Positions 54,421 through 64,000 of a stretch of DNA of 64,000 bases are shown piece after piece. Each line of letters begins with the position of its first letter. Positions within the stretch are counted from its first letter, which is position 1. The notes under the pieces are model-generated. The model made no database searches, was not told the DNA's origin, and saw only the letters and a program-made list of their open reading frames with translations. Origin of the DNA: Camelus ferus (lineage: Eukaryota); assembly GCF_009834535.1 (NCBI RefSeq), contig NC_045696.1, positions 24,368,001-24,432,000 of the forward strand, read 5' to 3'. The position numbers were made by a program, and so were the translations under genes.

Positions 54421-55815
54421 GGTCATGGCACTGAATTTATAGATGAGCTTGTTTCAATGCCAGGCTTGACAAGGAAAGAGAATAGCTGCTCTCAACGGTC
54501 TGCTAGAAAAATTAAAATATTACTAGGAAGTGGTAATAGTTTACTTGGAATAGGTCAACAGGAATTTGTAGTGTCATTCAAATATTGAATTTTTTGTTTT
54601 TCCTAGCAAGAAGTGTACTAGTGTGAGTTATGGGTTAATTTTCATTCCCAGAGAAGAATTGGTCCAGCCTTGCTTTAGGTGTGTGTCTCTGTCCTTTCCA
54701 AGGCACTCCTTGCTGTTCATGCTTTTTCCTCTTGAAAATGCCCATTCCTTTTTTTTAATGTCGTCTCAGAAGTAAGTAGTCGTAGCCATCGTGTTAATGA
54801 TTTTGACCTGAGTGCTAGAGTAGTTTGCCACTTGTCTGAAGATTTTATTCTATTATTAATTTCATTTTAGATATATGAACGTCATGCTTTATTTGCAGAG
54901 AATCTTATAATTTGATATGAAATAGAAAGGGGTTTCCTACCTCTAAAAGCCCATGAACTGTTTCATATGCAGAAGCACCCATACTTTGTAAGGACAGGTT
55001 GATGGAAAAAAAAGAAGTGAAAATATTCTTTCAGTAAATATGGGAATTCATGAATGATGATGCCACTTTTCTTCATTCTGTGATAGAAGTTTTGCCTTTT
55101 ATATTCTGCAGCCAGCCACCATCAGAGAGGCAGTTACATATACCTTGATAGACTCATTTTTGTTACATAGTGGTTGTGTGACTTTTGGCAAGATAGTCTC
55201 TCAACCTTTTCCCTTTTCTGACATTGGGATAACCATAGTATTTAGCTCACAGGGTTATTGTGAGTTTAACGAGATAACGCATGGAAACTACTCAGTTACA
55301 GTGTCTCCCATACTGATGCAATAAATGTCAAGGATTATTTTAATTAGCTTTTATGTTCAGTGAAATACATGAAATCAAATAAAACTGAATCATCTCCACT
55401 GTGTGGATACTTCAGGAAGCATGGAGAGAGCACAAGAGAGATAAACAAGTGGAAAAATGCTAATTTTTTTCTAATTTAATGGAAGGCCCTATAAACAGAA
55501 TATAATATAATATAAAGAGAACTCATATGGCTTCTTGAGAAGCTTTCTGTGATAAACCAGTACTAACATTAAAGTGCAATACAGAGGTCACCGGGCTTTG
55601 TATCAGTACACTTTGCTTCATCATGGCTCTATCACTTCCTATCATCTAATTTTTTCAAATATACCTATTATTCTCTCTGGCCGTACATAGGAGATAAACC
55701 TCTTTTGGAGCTCTCTGACAAAAGTCAGGAAGTTTATGATGCTCTGTCTGGAGGGACCATTGGTTGCTATGAATAGGTGAGACTATACTCCTGACATCAG
55801 TAACTGAATGCCACT

Positions 55816-56176
55816 TGTTATGGGCTGAATTGTGTCCCCCTCCCCCTGAACTCATCTGTTGAAGTCCTAGCCCCCAGTACCACAGAATATGACTGTATTT
55901 GAAGACAGGGTCTTGAAGAAAATAATCAAGGTTAAATGAGGTCATTGGTTAAATGAGCCCTAACCCAATATGAGAAGAGATAAGGACACAGACATGTGCA
56001 GAGAAAGACCATGTGAAGACACCGGAGAAGGTGACCGTCTACAAGGGCTTCACAAGATACCAACCCTGCTGACACCTCTGGAGGCTGGACTTCTAGGTTC
56101 CAGAATCATGAGGAAATAAATTCCTGTTGTGTAAGCCACCCAGTCTGTGGCACTTTGGTATAGCAGTAAATTGACA
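55816..56176 (+). mobile_element. MLT1B MaLR solo LTR
   Basis: tgttatgggctgaattgtgtcccc...cagaatatgactgtatttgaagacagggtc...aagccacccagtctgtggcactttg. Confidence 0.85.
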
Positions 56177-56763
56177 TTCCACCTGTCACCCTTGTTCCGT
56201 GTCTCCTTGTTAGCCTGACTTCTTCAAGGGCTTGGGGACCTCACTATGTGGGTAATGTTGTAAGCTTATGATGAACCCTCTTCATGCTTGCCTTAAATAA
56301 AAAAGAATTAAATATCTGAAAAATGAAAAATGACTGAACTGAAGTCATATTTGAAAGCCTATTTTCCTTTAAATGCTGGGGCTTGACAATGCGTCACAGA
56401 TTAAAGTCCACCAAGAAATGACAGTGGGGCTAACTGTGCATTCTCTGAACCTGTCAACTGTTTCCTTTACCTAGAAAGATTCTTAGAAGAGCAAAGAAAA
56501 AAGGATAGGCACCTCTTTCTAGTTTTCAGAGCTGGATATGTGAATATTGGATGCTGCCGTCCAGCCTACAAGGAAAGGGAGTGTGCCCTCAAGACAAGTG
56601 TACTGAGGGAGTGATTGCCTTTAGGAAGCCAGAGGAATAGTTCAGGTATTACAAAAGCTCATGCTCTGAATGTTAAGTTGCCAAGTGTTTCTGTTGCTGT
56701 CAAAAGCAGCAGGTCCGCTGCAAAATGTGAGTGACTTGTAGCAGCATTGTAAGTTAACAGCCA

Positions 56764-57296
56764 GTATTTGTTTGCTGTTGCTGCCATAACAAATTACCAC
56801 AAACTTAGCAGCTTCAAACAGCACCCATTCATTATCTTAATAGTCCATGAGGTCAGAGTCTGGGCACAGTGAGGCTCAGCTAGGTTCTCTCAGCTCAGCT
56901 CCACCCAGAGACTAAAACCAAGATGCCAGCCAGCCTGGGCTCTTACCTGGAGGCTCTGGGAAGAATCTGCTTCCAAGCTCACTGGTTTTCAGAATTCAGT
57001 TGTAAGACTGAGGTCCCCGTTTCCTTAACCCCTTTCTTTCCCCAGCCATCAGTAACTGGTTAAGTCTTTCTCCTGCTTTCATTCACTGACATCCCCTTCT
57101 GCTACCAGCTGGAAAAAAGATCTCTGATTTTAAAGGCTCATGTGATTAGATTAGGTCCACCTGGATAATCTCACTATTTAAAGTCAACTGATTAACAACT
57201 TTAATTACATCTTCCAAGTTCCTTTTGCTGTATAAGCTAATATATTCCTGGGAGTAATGAACAAATATTACAGGGACCAGAAGTCTGCCTGCCACA
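56764..57296 (-). mobile_element. MLT1E-like MaLR LTR
   Basis: ctgccataacaaattaccacaaacttagcagcttcaaaca...ttttaaaggctcatgtgattagattaggtccacctggataatct...tctgcctgccaca. Confidence 0.82.
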
Positions 57297-57648
57297 CATC
57301 CTTAAGTGTTCTTCTAGCTTACCTAAATCAATTTTTATTTCATTTTGGAATAGTTATAAACATGTAGGTAGTATTTAAATAATGGCATTTTGACTTCCAT
57401 GGATGCACGTGTCTTTATGTTTTTATTTTTTTAAATAAAATCTTCATTTCTCCTCTGATTTCCAAACACAGTCTCAACTAAATTTTCTGGCATTGGTGGA
57501 TGATTTCCATGGTTATCTCTGAACTATTTGCATAGCAAGTCTATTACCTTGCTCTTAATCACAAAATGGGACTTTTTAAAGATTTCCAGGTGTGAATACA
57601 AGTAAAGAAAATACATTAATTCTAATTGAAAAAAAAACCCACTTTTGT

Positions 57649-57830
57649 CAGGAGTTTTCAAACTTCAGTGTGCATCAGAATCACCTGGAGAGCTTATTAA
57701 ACGATTGCCGGGCTTTACTCAAGTTTCTGATTCAGTATCTATGAGATGGAGCCTTGATAATTTACATTTTTAATGAGTTCCTAGTAATGTTATTACTACC
57801 AGTCCAGGGTGCACACTTTGGAAACCATTG
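57649..57830. mobile_element. MER5A hAT-Charlie MITE
   Basis: caggagttttcaaacttcagtgtgcatcagaatcacctggagagctt...cacactttggaaaccattg. Confidence 0.85.
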
Positions 57831-60459
57831 CTTTAGGTTGTTTTATTTCTATTTTTTTCTGTTTATGGGGAAGCACAAATTTGCTGCTTTATGTCTTTGG
57901 GGATACCTGAAATATACATATTACTATGATTATTTTATACTTACCCCATCAAATAACATCATAGAGTAGAAAACAGAAAAAAAATGACATGGAAAGAAGG
58001 AAGCCTAGTCTTTAATGATATTTAGGATATTTCCTTAAATGTACCATGCGATGATGAGTTTGTTTTTAATCTCATATTTAGTCTTGCCTTATCTAAATAT
58101 GGCCCTATAAATATTAACATGAGACAGTAGGAAGGTCTGGTGACAAGGGAATAGCCAAAGAAGAAAGTGAAGTATTAACATTCAGATGTTTCCATTGGAG
58201 GTAAAGTGTTGGGGAAAATTTTTTAATCCTCATTTAAATATCATGCTTCATCTACTGAACAAAATAGGAAATATTTGTTAAAACTTTGTCCCAAAGTACA
58301 GTAAAATATTTTTGCCAATGGTATAATTGTCTACATTGATTAGGGTTATGTCTGTTCTAAAATGTTTATCTGCTTCTCATGGGGAAGGATTTACCATAAA
58401 ATATTTCATGGTGAAATTGGAGAATTTTTCAGCAAAGTAGGATATTATTTCTTAGAGATGACAGTTGTTTCTTTCATGTTATGAAGTTCCTATTAATGAT
58501 AATTATCACTGTTTCTAATGAAGATAAGATTGATGAAGTGGTTATTATAATAGTGGTTACCATCAGTACCTAGTATATAATACTAGATGTTACTATGTAA
58601 GAAGAAGGTCAAAACTCCAATCGGTAAGTGGAGATATTGAATAAGCATCCTTTGATCAATTCAGTGGAGGTGAGGAATGTGGCGCAGCTACACATAAGAC
58701 ACACTAGACGTGGTCTTTGGAAGCGTAGAAGCAAATGGAAGTCTCGGGGAGATGAAAAGAACTCTGAGCAAAGAAGAAGGGAAAGGACGATAATGAAAAG
58801 GGTTATTTTCCCTTTTCTCAAATATGTCACAGTGGATTTCTAAGTTTCTTCTCTGACCTCTTTTCTTCAGTATAGCTCTAGCCAGTCTGCTAGCTTCTTA
58901 GAAGCCCGTTGGGAGAAGCAGGAAAATAATATTCCTCAGTACCTCCAGTATTCGACATGGAGGCCTTTGAAGTCCAGGAAATCTGACTCTGAAATCAGTC
59001 CCCCTTGAGCACCCCTGCTTGGAAGGAAAGAGCCCCAAAGGCCGTGGGAGAGGGCAGATGGGCTGTACACATTGACATTGGTAAGAAATTTCTAGTGTCT
59101 ATGTGCAATTTTAATACTTAATTTTTATACATATGTTTTGAGTTTTAATAAACTGAAGATGATTTATAATGTGAGTTCGTGACAAGAATAGACATAGGAG
59201 CAATGCCAACAATTAAAATGTAGCCCAGCTGTGGGCTGAGGTTCCAGCTGCCTGGGGCAGTTCATGACAGACTAGGCAGATAGGTCTGTGTCCTGTTGGG
59301 CTCTGCCATTTTTACATGATTGTGGCGATGAATTGGAAGCAAATTCCCTGGTAAATCTCAAATCTTAATGATTCGTGGATTCTGAAATAACAATTCCAAG
59401 AACGTTCCCTTACATCAGCAAGTTTGTTGTTGTTGTTGTTCAAAGATGCTTCCTTGCTCAAAGCAACTACAAAAATCCCAGGGGGTCTTGTCACATAAGA
59501 AGCCAGAGGCAAGTATCTGCTAGATGCCCCTAGATATTTTCCCTCTTTAGGTTACAAATTGCTTCTACGGATCCTGGACCCAGATAGCAGTCATGCAATA
59601 GATTTTGAGCTTAAGTTGCTGATCCATCAATGGGAGTGAACTTACACACGTAGGAACATCTTTCAAATCAAAGTGTAGCTGCATATGGGTCTGTGAGATG
59701 GACTAGAAGGACCCATAATAGGTATTAAAATCCTGCCTGATATGTTTGTGACCCATTTGTCTGCTGTATATACAGTGTGGCAGAGTTTTTGGTTACATCA
59801 GTGATCTATTGCAGTTTGAGATTGAAATACTAGCTTAAAGTGCCTGTGATGTGCCAGGCACTTGGGAGGATGTTTACATTTGATTCTAATATCAGCCGAT
59901 TTGGGAAAACTGAGGCTCAGAGTGGCAGACGGATTACAAATGGATTGTAAGTCTGGGTGTATCTGGCTCCAAAGCCCACTTTACATACTGAAGTGCTGCT
60001 GAAATCTGATTGGAACATGGCTTGGATGACTTTTGCAAAAGTCACAGTGTTCTCATATGTAAAACAATACATCATCTCTAAGGTTAATTCAAAACTCTAA
60101 AAACTTGACTGCATTCCCCAGAGATAAAAAAAGGATGTCACAAGGACATTGGTGAAATCTCCTCTACCACTTTCAGGCTGAGAAGGAATTTCCTCCAACT
60201 TCGTAAAAACACTCACACCCATTTAAGTTCAGTTTATTCAAAGTCCTTTGGGTGTAAATAAATGAGATGTTTTAACAAGGTCATTACTTTTAGAAAATAG
60301 ATAGCATAACAAATAACAGAACAATTGGCACCAGGAATAACTTTCTTGGTTTTACTCATCCTAGATTGGCTAATTTATTTTCCTTCCTCTAGAGGAGTGA
60401 AGAACGTTGAGCACGGCCCTAATTAAAGTCCTGTCACAAAGTGTCGCCGTAATTTAGAC

Positions 60460-61000
60460 CTCGTTGAAGCCTTGACTCCCGCTGCAAATCTCTAAGTGGT
60501 CTGGCCCCTGCCCACCTCTCCAGTTCATCTCCTGCTAGACTCATCTCAGACCAGTCACACTAGCCCTCCTGCTGTCCTTTGAACACTCCAGGCCTCACTT
60601 CCCCAGGGCCTTTCTATTCTCATCGCCTGGAACGCTCTTCCCACAGACACTTCCATGGCATATTCCTGCGCTTTATTCAGATCTCAGCACAAAGGGCTCC
60701 TCATCATAGAGCAGCCGTTGGACCACAGTGGCTAAAAGAGCGTGTCCCTTCTGCCCATCCCCCCGGCCCTCTCAATACTCTGCTCTGCTCTGTTTTTGTT
60801 TTTGTTTTTCATAACACTTACTCTTATGCTATATTGCACATTTATTTTTTAAAATTTATTCTACCTCCTCCCACCCCTACCCCCACCAGAACCCCAGACT
60901 GTAAACTCCCAGAGGGCAAAGAACCTGCTTATCTTGTTTTATCAGTCTGCTCCAGCCCCTAAGACAACCTTGTCAAGTCAATGCCCAATAAATGCCGTAT
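60460..61000 (+). mobile_element. L2a 3' region
   Basis: tggtctggcccctgcccacctctcc...cagggccttt...gcctggaacgctcttccc...gactgtaaactcccagagggcaaag. Confidence 0.75.
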
Positions 61001-62630
61001 TTGCTGCATCAGTTGAAGGTGGAGTTGTAAGCAACTTTTGTCTAACACATTTAAAAGTATGTAATCTGAATAGAGCTTCTCAGGAAAATTAAAACCAAGC
61101 GAAAGAGCTAATCAGATTAATTTTTTTCTCTGTCTTTGCTTTAAGAAGCAGACTGAAGCTTCCTGGAAAAGGACAAGACACGGAAGCTGGCATCAGTTGG
61201 ATCAAAGAGGAGCCATTTTTAATAATGGCAGAGTCACCTGGACCGTGTTAGGGAGAGAGAACGGCCACTGCAGCAGGGGCTCCTCTCCTGGTTGTGCTGC
61301 TGCTGCTGCCTTGCACATGTGGCTGGGGCACGTTCCACTGCGCCCAGGCTGCCCTTGTCTGGGCAACCGGAGCATCTCCCGTGGGAAGGTCAGTGCCGTT
61401 CATGTGGTGACATGGAGGAGCCCTTTCCTCTGGAGCAGGCATTTGGGAATTGAAATGTGTGAGGACACTGGAGTTAGTCTGGGACAAAACCTGTCTCCTA
61501 GGATGCCAGTATATGGAGTAACTAAATTTATGAGTGATGCAGAGATTGAGAGGAGAAAGGCAAGGGAGAGGCAGGATAACTTTGCTTACTTAACCATCCA
61601 TTCCCGTCCATGTAATCCCGGAGAGAGGGGCTCCTGGCATGCTTCCATGAGCCTGAGATGCATTCCTCACGTACAAGTTTACTCTCTCAATTTTGAGAGT
61701 TTGCTGTGAAGAAAATGTTTATTTATATTAATGGCTTTTTATTTCAAAATGAAACCTTTAACCCATGTTGTTGAATGCCTACTATATGACAGCCTTTGTC
61801 CTGGGAACTGAGGCCACAAAGTCTGATAAAACATGATTCCTCTCCACAAGGTGAAGACATGGAAACAATGCTTTAAATACATGTAAGACATGTGAACCAG
61901 ATGTTAGGGGCTCCCCATGGAGAATGTGTCAATAACTGGGGGGAGTAGGGAAGGTTTCAGTTAGAAGGTGACATGTGAATTTGAAAGATGACTGGGAACT
62001 TTTCAAGCAGAAATGTGTGGGAAAGGGTGTGCCGTGCAGAAAGAGCAGCAGATATCAAAAAGATAAATTGGATTTTAGCAATGGCAAGAATTTTGGTTTG
62101 GCTGGAATATAGGGTATGTGTGTGTGTCCACTTGGGTGGGTATATCTATGAATGTTTGTTCAGGAAAGTTTCAGCTACTCTCTATATTGCAGGGTTGAAA
62201 GGTTTAATTCAGGGAATTAGAAGCTTATACTCATTGGAAAGCCTTGGAGAGATAAAGACTAGCTTAGGGTGGAGTAGCTGTGGGATGATTCTCAAGAGCC
62301 CACTTGGAAGGTATTTCAGATCTCACGACCACCCAAGCATCTGCTTGCAATATCTGAGGAATAAGCCTTCTTTTCCTTTTTACATTCCAAATTGCCTCTC
62401 AATGGCTGATTCTAACTTAAAGCCTCATGGGAAGGATATTCCCAACATCCTCTTTGTTCTCAGCTTCTTTCAAGCTTAGGGAGACTAGAATGATGCTGAA
62501 TTGTTGGGAGACAAACGAGTTCAGAGAGAGAGATGGGTAAGATTGGCTGGCGTCCTATTGTAAAGCATTCATGACATAACATGTGCTTGCACTTTGCCTT
62601 ATAATCATTGTGGGAATTGTTAAATATCTT

Positions 62631-62754
62631 TTTTTTTAATTCTTCTACTTTTTTTTTTTTTTAATGGAGGTACTGGGGATTGAGCCCAGGACCTCATGAC
62701 TGCTAAGCATGTGCTCTACCACTGAGCCATACTCTTTCCCCCCTCCTTCTTTCA
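62631..62754 (-). mobile_element. tRNA-derived SINE (camelid Vic-1-like) with 11-bp target-site duplication
   Basis: poly-T then aatggaggtactggggattgagcccaggacctc...gctaagcatgtgctctaccactgagc; TTAAATATCTT at 62620-62630 and 62755-62765. Confidence 0.85.
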
Positions 62755-64000
62755 TTAAATATCTTAACACGGGGAATGAAATGATTAAGTGAGTTTTTAA
62801 AAGATTGATCCGTTACTTTTATTATCAGAAAACTAACTTTATAAGGAAAATAAGGGAAGAAACCTGTGACATTCCAGTAATTATGTGAAGTTCAGATTAA
62901 AGGAATAAAGACAGAAGGCAGAGAGGCCAGTTGCTTTCCAAGCTCTTTACTTAACTTAGCAAGCAAGGTTGGGTTCTGTGAGCATTAAATTAGCAACTCT
63001 ACAGCACCATTGTGTTTACAAAAAGAGAAACATCCTGACTGTTTCCACTTTCATACCTCTCAGTCCTCATTCACCTGAGTGGAAACAAAAGTGTGTCTCT
63101 GTAAAGGTCGCCCAGGACTGCTGTGGCAGAGAATGCTGGCTGTAGCAGTACAGGAAGGAGACACGTGCCTTCAAGGTCAGCAGAAGGAGCAGATGCATCT
63201 GCAGTGTGAGGAAGAGTTAAACTGGTTTGCAAGTGGAATGAGAAGAGCCGCCTAGTGAGGATGTGTTGAAGATTAAAAAGGAGGTGAATGTTAAAAAAGG
63301 CTTGGAGGACACACAATAGAATGGAAAGCCCCGCTAGGAGAGAGGCTTTGTTTTAACAGCGTATCCCAAGGCTTCAAATATTCTGGCACTTCGAAGGCAC
63401 TCAGTAAACATTTATTGACAGACTGGGTGAAGAGAGGAAGAGGGATGGGAGGGGAAGATGAAATCAGGGACACAGAGAGAGGTGTTATCTTTGGAAGAAT
63501 TAGGCAAGGCATCCTCTGGGATGGAAGGGAAGGGGAAGAGCTGGGGAACATGCAGGGAACACGGGGGTGGAGCTTGTGACTGATGGTTGCTGTTTTCTCT
63601 GTGAGGTAGGAGGCTGGGCCATCTGTTAAAAAGGAGTAGGTGAGTCCAGCTAAGTGATTTAGGGAAGAATGATAAAGGTTTGTAACCGTTACAGATAAAA
63701 GTAAATATGGGTATTTACTTAAGGTGAAAATACTGGACAATTCTAACGATGTACAAATTGTGAGAATTAATTCATTCATATGAGATTGTTTAAAGAACAG
63801 TTTACAGAACATAAACCACTGGATACATTTAATCTTCAAGAAGATTAGAGTTTAAGCTTAAAACCTGAATATAAATTTGACTTCAGATTATTTAGAACAA
63901 AGTTAACTATGTGTTTTGTATATTATATAATTTCAGACACTACAGTAGTCTTCCTCCATGAACTTTTATTTCCTTCCAGTTTTATTGAGATATAATTGAC

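Noticed and set aside
62660..62745. tRNA gene
   Set aside because: tRNA-like A/B boxes belong to a SINE with a poly-A tail and TSD.
61197..63839. Long ORFs of 170, 163 and 182 aa near the window end
   Set aside because: No recognisable domain, mostly non-ATG starts, and two overlap L2-like sequence; consistent with chance ORFs.

Overview
Mammalian, AT-rich, repeat-dense intronic or intergenic DNA. It is most likely camelid (alpaca/camel), judged from a Vic-1-type tRNA-derived SINE and a camelid-type L1 3' end. I recognise no intact protein-coding gene, RNA gene, CRISPR array or prokaryotic system, and nearly all ORFs in the track are incidental or repeat-derived. Supported content: two processed pseudogenes (RBMX2 on +; a 3'-truncated GAPDH on - embedded in an old L1); a near full-length decayed Tigger1; a 5'-inverted (twin-primed) L1; an ERV1-class LTR with a tRNA-Ser(GCU) primer-binding site and gag relic; many MaLR/MLT LTRs, L2, MIR and hAT/Tigger MITEs. 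Worth follow-up: a divergent pair of strong CTCF-consensus motifs (3.6 and 5.1 kb) and a third at 54.3 kb, an old ~360-bp local duplication (46.6 vs 51.7 kb), a tiny polyadenylated LTR-transcript retrocopy with target-site duplication (16.36 kb), and several exon-like segments of a possible unannotated transcript. I found no evidence for a new biological system. Repeat subfamily names are from recalled consensus sequences and need RepeatMasker/Dfam confirmation.
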